Position numbers and translations under genes: made by a program. Shown one piece after another: positions 41,201 through 56,200 of a stretch of DNA of 64,000 bases. Position 1 is the stretch's first letter. Every line of letters begins with the position of its first letter. The notes under the pieces are model-generated. The model made no database searches, was not told where the DNA came from, and saw only the letters and a list, made by a program, of their open reading frames with translations. The DNA is from Auanema rhodensis (lineage: Eukaryota; Animalia; Nematoda): assembly GCA_964057225.1 (NCBI GenBank), contig OZ059894.1, positions 24,490,001-24,554,000 of the forward strand, read 5' to 3'.

Positions 41201-44200
41201 TAACCATGACTTTGAAATTTACGTGAATTTTAATTTTTGCTAATTAAATGTACACGTGATGTGCACTTGGTATGTAACTAGCTTCACGTGAAAGATAAAG
41301 AGATGCGGTTTTCAAAATTAGATTCCCCATGTCCATATTAGTCTAAAAACAAATTTTTATTGATATTGGTTCATGGTAACCATGACTTTGAAATTTACGT
41401 GAACTTTAATTTATGCTAATTAAATGTACACGTGATGTGCACTTGGTATGTATTTCGCTTCACGTGAAAGATAAAGAGATGCGGTTTTCAAAATTAGATT
41501 CCCCATGTCCATATTAGTCTAAAAACAAATTTTTATTGATATTGGTTCATGATAACCATGACTTTGAAATTTACGTGAACTTTAATTTATGCTAATTAAA
41601 TGTACACTTGATGTGCACTTGGTATGTAACTCGCTTCACGTGTAAGATAAAGAGATGCGGTTTTCAAAATTAGATTCCCCATGTCCATATTAGTCTAAAA
41701 ACAAATTTTTATTGATATTGGTGAATGGTAACCATGACTTTGAAATTTACGTGAACTTTAATTTATGCTAAATAAATGTACACGTGATGTGCACTTGGTA
41801 TGTAACTCGCTTCACGTGAAAGATAAAGTGATGCGGTTTTCAAAATTAGATTCCCCATGTCCATATTAGTCTAAAAACAAATTTTTATTGATATTGGTTC
41901 ATGGTAACCATGACTTTGAAATTTACGTGAACTTTAATTTATGCTAATTAAATGTACACGTGATGTGCACTTGGTATGTATTTCGCTTCACGTGAAAGAT
42001 AAAGAGATGCGGTTTTCAAAATTAGATTCCCCATGTCCATATTAGTCTAAAAACAAATTGTTATTGATATTGGTGCATGGTAACCATGACTTTGAAATTT
42101 ACGTGAACTTTAATTTATGCTAATTAAATGTACACGTGATGTGCACTTGGTATGTAACTCGCTTCACGTGAAAGATAAAGAGATGCGGTTTTCAAAATTA
42201 GATTCCCCATGTCCATATTAGTCTAAAAACAAATTTTTATTGATATTGGTGCATGGTAACCATGACTTTGAAATTTACGTGAACTTTAATTTATGCTAAA
42301 TAAATGTACACGTGATGTGCACTTGGTATGTAACTCGCTTCACGTGAAAGATAAAGTGATGCGGTTTTCAAAATTAGATTCCCCATGTCCATATTAGTCT
42401 AAAAACAAATTTTTATTGATATTGGTGCATGGTAACCATGACTTTGAAATTTACGTGAACTTTAATTTATGCTAATTAAATGTACACGTGATGTGCACTT
42501 GGTATGTAACTTGCTTCACGTGAAAGATAAAGAGATGCGGTTTTCAAAATTAGATTTCCCATGTCCATATTAGTCTAAAAACAAATTTTTATTGATATTG
42601 GTTCATGGTAACCGTGACTTTGAAATTTACGTGAACTTTAATTTATGCTAATTAAATGTACACGTGATGTGCACTTGGTATGTATTTCGCTTCACGTGAA
42701 AGATAAAGAGATGCGGTTTTCAAAATTAGATTCCCCATGTCCATATTAGTCTAAAAACAAATTGTTATTGATATGGGTGCATGGTAACCATGACTTTGAA
42801 ATTTACGTGAACTTTAATTTATGCTAATTAAATGTACACGTGATGTGCACTTGGTATGTAACTCGCTTCACGTGAAAGATAAAGAGATGCGGTTTTCAAA
42901 ATTAGATTCCCCATGTCCATATTAGTCTAAAAACAAATTTTTATTGATATTGGTGAATGGTAACCATGACTTTGAAATTTACGTGAACTTTAATTTATGC
43001 TAAATAAATGTACACGTGATGTGCACTTGGTATGTAACTCGCTTCACGTGAAAGATAAAGTGATGCGGTTTTCAAAATTAGATTCCCCATGTCCATATTA
43101 GTCTAAAAACAAATTTTTATTGATATTGGTTCATGGTAACCATGACTTTGAAATTTACGTGAACTTTAATTTATGCTAATTAAATGTACACGTGATGTGC
43201 ACTTGGTATGTATTTCGCTTCACGTGAAAGATAAAGAGATGCGGTTTTCAAAATTAGATTCCCCATGTCCATATTAGTCTAAAAACAAATTGTTATTGAT
43301 ATTGGTGCATGGTAACCATGACTTTGAAATTTACGTGAATTTTAATTTTTGCTAATTAAATGTACACGTGATGTGCACTTGGTATGTAACTAGCTTCACG
43401 TGAAAGATAAAGAGATGCGGTTTTCAAAATTAGATTCCCCATGTCCATATTAGTCTAAAAACAAATTTTTATTGATATTGGTGAATGGTAACCATGACTT
43501 TGAAATTTACGTGAATTTTAATTTTTGCTAATTAAATGTACACGTGATGTGCACTTGGTATGTATTTCGCTTCACGTGAAAGATAAAGAGATGCGGTTTT
43601 CAAAATTAGATTCCCCTTGTCCATATTAGTCTAAAAACAAATTGTTATTGATATGGGTGCATGGTAACCGTGACTTTGAAATTTACGTGAACTTTAATTT
43701 ATGCTAATTAAATGTACACATGATGTGCACTTGGTATGTATTTCGCTTCACGTGAAAGATAAAGAGATGGGGTTTTCAAAATTAGATTCCCCATGTCCAT
43801 ATTAGTCTAAAAACAAATTTTTATTGATATTGGTGAATGGTAACCATGACTTTGAAATTTACGTGAACTTTAATTTATGCTAAATAAATGTACACGTGAT
43901 GTGCACTTGGTATGTAACTCGCTTCACGTGAAAGATAAAGTGATGCGGTTTTCAAAATTAGATTCCCCATGTCCATATTAGTCTAAAAACAAATTTTTAT
44001 TGATATTGGTTCATGGTAACCATGACTTTGAAATTTACGTGAACTTTAATTTATGCTAATTAAATGTACACGTGATGTGCACTTGGTATGTATTTCGCTT
44101 CACGTGAAAGATAAAGAGATGCGGTTTTCAAAATTAGATTCCCCATGTCCATATTAGTCTAAAAACAAATTGTTATTGATATTGGTGCATGGTAACCATG

Positions 44201-47200
44201 ACTTTGAAATTTACGTGAACTTTAATTTATGCTAATTAAATGTACACGTGATGTGCACTTGGTATGTAACTCGCTTCACGTGAAAGATAAAGAGATGCGG
44301 TTTTCAAAATTAGATTCCCCATGTCCATATTAGTCTAAAAACAAATTTTTATTGATATTGGTGCATGGTAACCATGACTTTGAAATTTACGTGAACTTTA
44401 ATTTATGCTAAATAAATGTACACGTGATGTGCACTTGGTATGTAACTCGCTTCACGTGAAAGATAAAGTGATGCGGTTTTCAAAATTAGATTCCCCATGT
44501 CCATATTAGTCTAAAAACAAATTTTTATTGATATTGGTGCATGGTAACCATGACTTTGAAATTTACGTGAACTTTAATTTATGCTAATTAAATGTACACG
44601 TGATGTGCACTTGGTATGTAACTTGCTTCACGTGAAAGATAAAGAGATGCGGTTTTCAAAATTAGATTTCCCATGTCCATATTAGTCTAAAAACAAATTT
44701 TTATTGATATTGGTTCATGGTAACCGTGACTTTGAAATTTACGTGAACTTTAATTTATGCTAATTAAATGTACACGTGATGTGCACTTGGTATGTATTTC
44801 GCTTCACGTGAAAGATAAAGAGATGCGGTTTTCAAAATTAGATTCCCCATGTCCATATTAGTCTAAAAACAAATTGTTATTGATATGGGTGCATGGTAAC
44901 CATGACTTTGAAATTTACGTGAACTTTAATTTATGCTAATTAAATGTACACGTGATGTGCACTTGGTATGTAACTCGCTTCACGTGAAAGATAAAGAGAT
45001 GCGGTTTTCAAAATTAGATTCCCCATGTCCATATTAGTCTAAAAACAAATTTTTATTGATATTGGTGAATGGTAACCATGACTTTGAAATTTACGTGAAC
45101 TTTAATTTATGCTAAATAAATGTACACGTGATGTGCACTTGGTATGTAACTCGCTTCACGTGAAAGATAAAGTGATGCGGTTTTCAAAATTAGATTCCCC
45201 ATGTCCATATTAGTCTAAAAACAAATTTTTATTGATATTGGTTCATGGTAACCATGACTTTGAAATTTACGTGAACTTTAATTTATGCTAATTAAATGTA
45301 CACGTGATGTGCACTTGGTATGTATTTTGCTTCACGTGAAAGATAAAGAGATGCGGTTTTCAAAATTAGATTCCCCATGTCCATATTAGTCTAAAAACAA
45401 ATTGTTATTGATATTGGTGCATGGTAACCATGACTTTGAAATTTACGTGAATTTTAATTTTTGCTAATTAAATGTACACGTGATGTGCACTTGGTATGTA
45501 ACTAGCTTCACGTGAAAGATAAAGAGATGCGGTTTTCAAAATTAGATTCCCCATGTCCATATTAGTCTAAAAACAAATTTTTATTGATATTGGTGAATGG
45601 TAACCATGACTTTGAAATTTACGTGAATTTTAATTTTTGCTAATTAAATGTACACGTGATGTGCACTTGGTATGTATTTCGCTTCACGTGAAAGATAAAG
45701 AGATGCGGTTTTCAAAATTAGATTCCCCATGTCCATATTAGTCTAAAAACAAATTGTTATTGATATGGGTGCATGGTAACCGTGACTTTGAAATTTACGT
45801 GAACTTTAATTTATGCTAATTAAATGTACACATGATGTGCACTTGGTATGTATTTCGCTTCACGTGAAAGATAAAGAGATGCGGTTTTCAAAATTAGATT
45901 CCCCATGTCCATATTAGTCTAAAAACAAATTTTTATTGATATTGGTTCATGGTAACCATGACTTTGAAATTTACGTGAACTTTAATTTATGCTAAATAAA
46001 TGTACACGTGATGTGCACTTGGTATGTAACTCGCTTCACGTGAAAGATAAAGTGATGCGGTTTTCAAAATTAGATTCCCCATGTCCATATTAGTCTAAAA
46101 ACAAATTTTTATTGATATTGGTGAATGGTAACCATGACTTTGAAATTTACGTGAACTTTAATTTATGCTAATTAAATGTACACATGATGTGCACTTGGTA
46201 TGTAACTCGCTTCACGTGAAAGATAAAGAGATGCGGTTTTCAAAATTAGATTCCCCATGTCCATATTAGTCTAAAAACAAATTTTTATTGATATTGGTGC
46301 ATGGTAACCATGACTTTGAAATTTACGTGAACTTTAATTTATGCTAAATAAATGTACACGTGATGTGCACTTGGTATGTAACTCGCTTCACGTGAAAGAT
46401 AAAGTGATGCGGTTTTCAAAATTAGATTCCCCATGTCCATATTAGTCTAAAAACAAATTTTTATTGATATTGGTGCATGGTAACCATGACTTTGAAATTT
46501 ACGTGAACTTTAATTTATGCTAATTAAATGTACACGTGATGTGCACTTGGTATGTAACTTGCTTCACGTGAAAGATAAAGAGATGCGGTTTTCAAAATTA
46601 GATTTCCCATGTCCATATTAGTCTAAAAACAAATTTTTATTGATATTGGTTCATGGTAACCATGACTTTGAAATTTACGTGAACTTCAATTTATGCTAAT
46701 TAAATGTACACGTGATGTGCACTTGGTATGTATTTCGCTTCACGTGAAAGATAAAGAGATGCGGTTTTCAAAATTAGATTCCCCATGTCCATATTAGTCT
46801 AAAAACAAATTGTTATTGATATTGGTTCATGGTAACCGTGACTTTGAAATTTACGTGAACTTTAATTTATGCTAATTAAATGTACACTTGATGTGCACTT
46901 GGTATGTAACTCGCTTCACGTGTAAGATAAAGAGATGCGGTTTTCAAAATTAGATTCCCCATGTCCATATTAGTCTAAAAACAAATTGTTATTGATATTG
47001 GTGCATGGTAACCATGACTTTGAAATTTACGTGAACTTTAATTTATGCTAATTAAATGTACACGTGATGTGCACTTGGTATGTAACTCGCTTCACGTGAA
47101 AGATAAAGAGATGCGGTTTCCAAAATTAGATTCCCCATGTCCATATTAGTCTAAAAACAAATTGTTATTGATATTGGTGCATGGTAACCATGACTTTGAA

Positions 47201-50200
47201 ATTTACGTGAACTTTAATTTATGCTAATTAAATGTACACGTGATGTGCACTTGGTATGTAACTCGCTTCACGTGAAAGATAAAGAGATGCGGTTCTCAAA
47301 ATTAGATTCCCCATGTCCATATTAGTCTAAAAACAAATTTTTATTGATATTGGTGCATGGTAACCATGACTTTGAAATTTACGTGAACTTTAATTTATGC
47401 TAAATAAATGTACACGTGATGTGCACTTGGTATGTAACTCGCTTCACGTGAAAGATAAAGTGATGCGGTTTTCAAAATTAGATTCCCCATGTCCATATTA
47501 GTCTAAAAACAAATTTTTATTGATATTGGTGCATGGTAACCATGACTTTGAAATTTACGTGAACTTTAATTTATGCTAATTAAATGTACACGTGATGTGC
47601 ACTTGGTATGTAACTTGCTTCACGTGAAAGATAAAGAGATGCGGTTTTCAAAATTAGATTTCCCATGTCCATATTAGTCTAAAAACAAATTTTTATTGAT
47701 ATTGGTTCATGGTAACCGTGACTTTGAAATTTACGTGAACTTTAATTTATGCTAATTAAATGTACACGTGATGTGCACTTGGTATGTATTTCGCTTCACG
47801 TGAAAGATAAAGAGATGCGGTTTTCAAAATTAGATTCCCCATGTCCATATTAGTCTAAAAACAAATTGTTATTGATATGGGTGCATGGTAACCATGACTT
47901 TGAAATTTACGTGAACTTTAATTTATGCTAATTAAATGTACACGTGATGTGCACTTGGTATGTAACTCGCTTCACGTGAAAGATAAAGAGATGCGGTTTT
48001 CAAAATTAGATTCCCCATGTCCATATTAGTCTAAAAACAAATTTTTATTGATATTGGTGAATGGTAACCATGACTTTGAAATTTACGTGAACTTTAATTT
48101 ATGCTAAATAAATGTACACGTGATGTGCACTTGGTATGTAACTCGCTTCACGTGAAAGATAAAGTGATGCGGTTTTCAAAATTAGATTCCCCATGTCCAT
48201 ATTAGTCTAAAAACAAATTTTTATTGATATTGGTTCATGGTAACCATGACTTTGAAATTTACGTGAACTTTAATTTATGCTAATTAAATGTACACGTGAT
48301 GTGCACTTGGTATGTATTTCGCTTCACGTGAAAGATAAAGAGATGCGGTTTTCAAAATTAGATTCCCCATGTCCATATTAGTCTAAAAACAAATTGTTAT
48401 TGATATTGGTGCATGGTAACCATGACTTTGAAATTTACGTGAATTTTAATTTTTGCTAATTAAATGTACACGTGATGTGCACTTGGTATGTAACTAGCTT
48501 CACGTGAAAGATAAAGAGATGCGGTTTTCAAAATTAGATTCCCCATGTCCATATTAGTCTAAAAACAAATTTTTATTGATATTGGTGAATGGTAACCATG
48601 ACTTTGAAATTTACGTGAATTTTAATTTTTGCTAATTAAATGTACACGTGATGTGCACTTGGTATGTATTTCGCTTCACGTGAAAGATAAAGAGATGCGG
48701 TTTTCAAAATTAGATTCCCCTTGTCCATATTAGTCTAAAAACAAATTGTTATTGATATGGGTGCATGGTAACCGTGACTTTGAAATTTACGTGAACTTTA
48801 ATTTATGCTAATTAAATGTACACATGATGTGCACTTGGTATGTATTTCGCTTCACGTGAAAGATAAAGAGATGGGGTTTTCAAAATTAGATTCCCCATGT
48901 CCATATTAGTCTAAAAACAAATTTTTATTGATATTGGTGAATGGTAACCATGACTTTGAAATTTACGTGAACTTTAATTTATGCTAAATAAATGTACACG
49001 TGATGTGCACTTGGTATGTAACTCGCTTCACGTGAAAGATAAAGTGATGCGGTTTTCAAAATTAGATTCCCCATGTCCATATTAGTCTAAAAACAAATTT
49101 TTATTGATATTGGTTCATGGTAACCATGACTTTGAAATTTACGTGAACTTTAATTTATGCTAATTAAATGTACACGTGATGTGCACTTGGTATGTATTTC
49201 GCTTCACGTGAAAGATAAAGAGATGCGGTTTTCAAAATTAGATTCCCCATGTCCATATTAGTCTAAAAACAAATTTTTATTGATATTGGTGCATGGTAAC
49301 CATGACTTTGAAATTTACGTGAACTTTAATTTATGCTAATTAAATGTACACGTGATGTGCACTTGGTATGTAACTTGCTTCACGTGAAAGATAAAGAGAT
49401 GCGGTTTTCAAAATTAGATTTCCCATGTCCATATTAGTCTAAAAACAAATTTTTATTGATATTGGTTCATGGTAACCGTGACTTTGAAATTTACGTGAAC
49501 TTTAATTTATGCTAATTAAATGTACACGTGATGTGCACTTGGTATGTATTTCGCTTCACGTGAAAGATAAAGAGATGCGGTTTTCAAAATTAGATTCCCC
49601 ATGTCCATATTAGTCTAAAAACAAATTGTTATTGATATTGGTGCATGGTAACCATGACTTTGAAATTTACGTGAACTTTAATTTATGCTAATTAAATGTA
49701 CACGTGATGTGCACTTGGTATGTAACTCGCTTCACGTGAAAGATAAAGAGATGCGGTTTTCAAAATTAGATTCCCCATGTCCATATTAGTCTAAAAACAA
49801 ATTGTTATTGATATTGGTGCATGGTAACCATGACTTTGAAATTTACGTGAACTTTAATTTATGCTAATTAAATGTACACGTGATGTGCACTTGGTATGTA
49901 ACTCGCTTCACGTGAAAGATAAAGAGATGCGGTTTTCAAAATTAGATTCCCCATGTCCATATTAGTCTAAAAACAAATTTTTATTGATATTGGTGCATGG
50001 TAACCATGACTTTGAAATTTACGTGAACTTTAATTTATGCTAAATAAATGTACACGTGATGTGCACTTGGTATGTAACTCGCTTCACGTGAAAGATAAAG
50101 TGATGCGGTTTTCAAAATTAGATTCCCCATGTCCATATTAGTCTAAAAACAAATTTTTATTGATATTGGTGCATGGTAACCATGACTTTGAAATTTACGT

Positions 50201-53200
50201 GAACTTTAATTTATGCTAATTAAATGTACACGTGATGTGCACTTGGTATGTAACTTGCTTCACGTGAAAGATAAAGAGATGCGGTTTTCAAAATTAGATT
50301 TCCCATGTCCATATTAGTCTAAAAACAAATTTTTATTGATATTGGTTCATGGTAACCGTGACTTTGAAATTTACGTGAACTTTAATTTATGCTAATTAAA
50401 TGTACACGTGATGTGCACTTGGTATGTATTTCGCTTCACGTGAAAGATAAAGAGATGCGGTTTTCAAAATTAGATTCCCCATGTCCATATTAGTCTAAAA
50501 ACAAATTTTTATTGATATTGGTGCATGGTAACCATGACTTTGAAATTTACGTGAACTTTAATTTATGCTAATTAAATGTACACGTGATGTGCACTTGGTA
50601 TGTAACTCGCTTCACGTGAAAGATAAAGAGATGCGGTTTTCAAAATTAGATTCCCCATGTCCATATTAGTCTAAAAACAAATTGTTATTGATATGGGTGC
50701 ATGGTAACCATGACTTTGAAATTTACGTGAACTTTAATTTATGCTAATTAAATGTACACGTGATGTGCACTTGGTATGTAACTCGCTTCACGTGAAAGAT
50801 AAAGAGATGCGGTTTTCAAAATTAGATTCCCCATGTCCATATTAGTCTAAAAACAAATTTTTATTGATATTGGTGCATGGTAACCATGACTTTGAAATTT
50901 ACGTGAACTTTAATTTATGCTAATTAAATGTACACGTGATGTGCACTTGGTATGTAACTCGCTTCACGTGAAAGATAAAGAGATGCGGTTTTCAAAATTA
51001 GATTCCCCATGTCCATATTAGTCTAAAAACAAATTGTTATTGATATGGGTGCATGGTAACCATGACTTTGAAATTTACGTGAACTTTAATTTATGCTAAT
51101 TAAATGTACACGTGATGTGCACTTGGTATGTAACTCGCTTCACGTGAAAGATAAAGAGATGCGGTTTTCAAAATTAGATTCCCCATGTCCATATTAGTCT
51201 AAAAACAAATTTTTATTGATATTGGTGAATGGTAACCATGACTTTGAAATTTACGTGAACTTTAATTTATGCTAAATAAATGTACACGTGATGTGCACTT
51301 GGTATGTAACTCGCTTCACGTGAAAGATAAAGTGATGCGGTTTTCAAAATTAGATTCCCCATGTCCATATTAGTCTAAAAACAAATTTTTATTGATATTG
51401 GTTCATGGTAACCATGACTTTGAAATTTACGTGAACTTTAATTTATGCTAATTAAATGTACACGTGATGTGCACTTGGTATGTATTTCGCTTCACGTGAA
51501 AGATAAAGAGATGCGGTTTTCAAAATTAGATTCCCCATGTCCATATTAGTCTAAAAACAAATTGTTATTGATATTGGTGCATGGTAACCATGACTTTGAA
51601 ATTTACGTGAATTTTAATTTTTGCTAATTAAATGTACACGTGATGTGCACTTGGTATGTAACTAGCTTCACGTGAAAGATAAAGAGATGCGGTTTTCAAA
51701 ATTAGATTCCCCATGTCCATATTAGTCTAAAAACAAATTTTTATTGATATTGGTGAATGGTAACCATGACTTTGAAATTTACGTGAATTTTAATTTTTGC
51801 TAATTAAATGTACACGTGATGTGCACTTGGTATGTATTTCGCTTCACGTGAAAGATAAAGAGATGCGGTTTTCAAAATTAGATTCCCCTTGTCCATATTA
51901 GTCTAAAAACAAATTGTTATTGATATGGGTGCATGGTAACCGTGACTTTGAAATTTACGTGAACTTTAATTTATGCTAATTAAATGTACACATGATGTGC
52001 ACTTGGTATGTATTTCGCTTCACGTGAAAGATAAAGAGATGGGGTTTTCAAAATTAGATTCCCCATGTCCATATTAGTCTAAAAACAAATTTTTATTGAT
52101 ATTGGTGAATGGTAACCATGACTTTGAAATTTACGTGAACTTTAATTTATGCTAAATAAATGTACACGTGATGTGCACTTGGTATGTAACTCGCTTCACG
52201 TGAAAGATAAAGTGATGCGGTTTTCAAAATTAGATTCCCCATGTCCATATTAGTCTAAAAACAAATTTTTATTGATATTGGTTCATGGTAACCATGACTT
52301 TGAAATTTACGTGAACTTTAATTTATGCTAATTAAATGTACACGTGATGTGCACTTGGTATGTATTTCGCTTCACGTGAAAGATAAAGAGATGCGGTTTT
52401 CAAAATTAGATTCCCCATGTCCATATTAGTCTAAAAACAAATTTTTATTGATATTGGTGCATGGTAACCATGACTTTGAAATTTACGTGAACTTTAATTT
52501 ATGCTAATTAAATGTACACGTGATGTGCACTTGGTATGTAACTTGCTTCACGTGAAAGATAAAGAGATGCGGTTTTCAAAATTAGATTTCCCATGTCCAT
52601 ATTAGTCTAAAAACAAATTTTTATTGATATTGGTTCATGGTAACCGTGACTTTGAAATTTACGTGAACTTTAATTTATGCTAATTAAATGTACACGTGAT
52701 GTGCACTTGGTATGTATTTCGCTTCACGTGAAAGATAAAGAGATGCGGTTTTCAAAATTAGATTCCCCATGTCCATATTAGTCTAAAAACAAATTGTTAT
52801 TGATATGGGTGCATGGTAACCATGACTTTGAAATTTACGTGAACTTTAATTTATGCTAATTAAATGTACACGTGATGTGCACTTGGTATGTAACTCGCTT
52901 CACGTGAAAGATAAAGAGATGCGGTTTTCAAAATTATATTCCCCATGTCCATATTAGTCTAAAAACAAATTTTTATTGATATTGGTGAATGGTAACCATG
53001 ACTTTGAAATTTACGTGAACTTTAATTTATGCTAAATAAATGTACACGTGATGTGCACTTGGTATGTAACTCGCTTCACGTGAAAGATAAAGTGATGCGG
53101 TTTTCAAAATTAGATTCCCCATGTCCATATTAGTCTAAAAACAAATTTTTATTGATATTGGTTCATGGTAACCATGACTTTGAAATTTACGTGAACTTTA

Positions 53201-56200
53201 ATTTATGCTAATTAAATGTACACGTGATGTGCACTTGGTATGTATTTCGCTTCACGTGAAAGATAAAGAGATGCGGTTTTCAAAATTAGATTCCCCATGT
53301 CCATATTAGTCTAAAAACAAATTGTTATTGATATTGGTGCATGGTAACCATGACTTTGAAATTTACGTGAATTTTAATTTTTGCTAATTAAATGTACACG
53401 TGATGTGCACTTGGTATGTAACTAGCTTCACGTGAAAGATAAAGAGATGCGGTTTTCAAAATTAGATTCCCCATGTCCATATTAGTCTAAAAACAAATTT
53501 TTATTGATATTGGTGAATGGTAACCATGACTTTGAAATTTACGTGAATTTTAATTTTTGCTAATTAAATGTACACGTGATGTGCACTTGGTATGTATTTC
53601 GCTTCACGTGAAAGATAAAGAGATGCGGTTTTCAAAATTAGATTCCCCATGTCCATATTAGTCTAAAAACAAATTGTTATTGATATGGGTGCATGGTAAC
53701 CGTGACTTTGAAATTTACGTGAACTTTAATTTATGCTAAATAAATGTACACGTGATGTGCACTTGGTATGTATTTCGCTTCACGTGAAAGATAAAGAGAT
53801 GCGGTTTTCAAAATTAGATTCCCCATGTCCATATTAGTCTAAAAACAAATTTTTATTGATATTGGTTCATGGTAACCATGACTTTGAAATTTACGTGAAC
53901 TTTAATTTATGCTAATTAAATGTACACGTGATGTGCACTTGGTATGTATTTCGCTTCACGTGAAAGATAAAGAGATGCGGTTTTCAAAATTAGATTCCCC
54001 ATGTCCATATTAGTCTAAAAACAAATTGTTATTGATATTGGTGCATGGTAACCATGACTTTGAAATTTACGTGAATTTTAATTTTTGCTAATTAAATGTA
54101 CACGTGATGTGCACTTGGTATGTAACTAGCTTCACGTGAAAGATAAAGAGATGCGGTTTTCAAAATTAGATTCCCCATGTCCATATTAGTCTAAAAACAA
54201 ATTTTTATTGATATTGGTGAATGGTAACCATGACTTTGAAATTTACGTGAATTTTAATTTTTGCTAATTAAATGTACACGTGATGTGCACTTGGTATGTA
54301 TTTCGCTTCACGTGAAAGATAAAGAGATGCGGTTTTCAAAATTAGATTCCCCATGTCCATATTAGTCTAAAAACAAATTGTTATTGATATGGGTGCATGG
54401 TAACCGTGACTTTGAAATTTACGTGAACTTTAATTTATGCTAATTAAATGTACACATGATGTGCACTTGGTATGTATTTCGCTTCACGTGAAAGATAAAG
54501 AGATGCGGTTTTCAAAATTAGATTCCCCATGTCCATATTAGTCTAAAAACAAATTTTTATTGATATTGGTTCATGGTAACCATGACTTTGAAATTTACGT
54601 GAACTTTAATTTATGCTAAATAAATGTACACGTGATGTGCACTTGGTATGTAACTCGCTTCACGTGAAAGATAAAGTGATGCGGTTTTCAAAATTAGATT
54701 CCCCATGTCCATATTAGTCTAAAAACAAATTTTTATTGATATTGGTGAATGGTAACCATGACTTTGAAATTTACGTGAACTTTAATTTATGCTAATTAAA
54801 TGTACACATGATGTGCACTTGGTATGTAACTCGCTTCACGTGAAAGATAAAGAGATGCGGTTTTCAAAATTAGATTCCCCATGTCCATATTAGTCTAAAA
54901 ACAAATTTTTATTGATATTGGTGCATGGTAACCATGACTTTGAAATTTACGTGAACTTTAATTTATGCTAAATAAATGTACACGTGATGTGCACTTGGTA
55001 TGTAACTCGCTTCACGTGAAAGATAAAGTGATGCGGTTTTCAAAATTAGATTCCCCATGTCCATATTAGTCTAAAAACAAATTTTTATTGATATTGGTGC
55101 ATGGTAACCATGACTTTGAAATTTACGTGAACTTTAATTTATGCTAATTAAATGTACACGTGATGTGCACTTGGTATGTAACTTGCTTCACGTGAAAGAT
55201 AAAGAGATGCGGTTTTCAAAATTAGATTTCCCATGTCCATATTAGTCTAAAAACAAATTTTTATTGATATTGGTTCATGGTAACCATGACTTTGAAATTT
55301 ACGTGAACTTCAATTTATGCTAATTAAATGTACACGTGATGTGCACTTGGTATGTATTTCGCTTCACGTGAAAGATAAAGAGATGCGGTTTTCAAAATTA
55401 GATTCCCCATGTCCATATTAGTCTAAAAACAAATTGTTATTGATATTGGTTCATGGTAACCGTGACTTTGAAATTTACGTGAACTTTAATTTATGCTAAT
55501 TAAATGTACACTTGATGTGCACTTGGTATGTAACTCGCTTCACGTGTAAGATAAAGAGATGCGGTTTTCAAAATTAGATTCCCCATGTCCATATTAGTCT
55601 AAAAACAAATTTTTATTGATATTGGTGAATGGTAACCATGACTTTGAAATTTACGTGAACTTTAATTTATGCTAAATAAATGTACACGTGATGTGCACTT
55701 GGTATGTAACTCGCTTCACGTGAAAGATAAAGTGATGCGGTTTTCAAAATTAGATTCCCCATTTCCATATTAGTCTAAAAACAAATTTTTATTGATATTG
55801 GTTCATGGTAACCATGACTTTGAAATTTACGTGAACTTTAATTTATGCTAATTAAATGTACACGTGATGTGCACTTGGTATGTATTTCGCTTCACGTGAA
55901 AGATAAAGAGATGCGGTTTTCAAAATTAGATTCCCCATGTCCATATTAGTCTAAAAACAAATTGTTATTGATATTGGTGCATGGTAACCATGACTTTGAA
56001 ATTTACGTGAACTTTAATTTATGCTAATTAAATGTACACGTGATGTGCACTTGGTATGTAACTCGCTTCACGTGAAAGATAAAGAGATGCGGTTTTCAAA
56101 ATTAGATTCCCCATGTCCATATTAGTCTAAAAACAAATTTTTATTGATATTGGTGCATGGTAACCATGACTTTGAAATTTACGTGAACTTTAATTTATGC

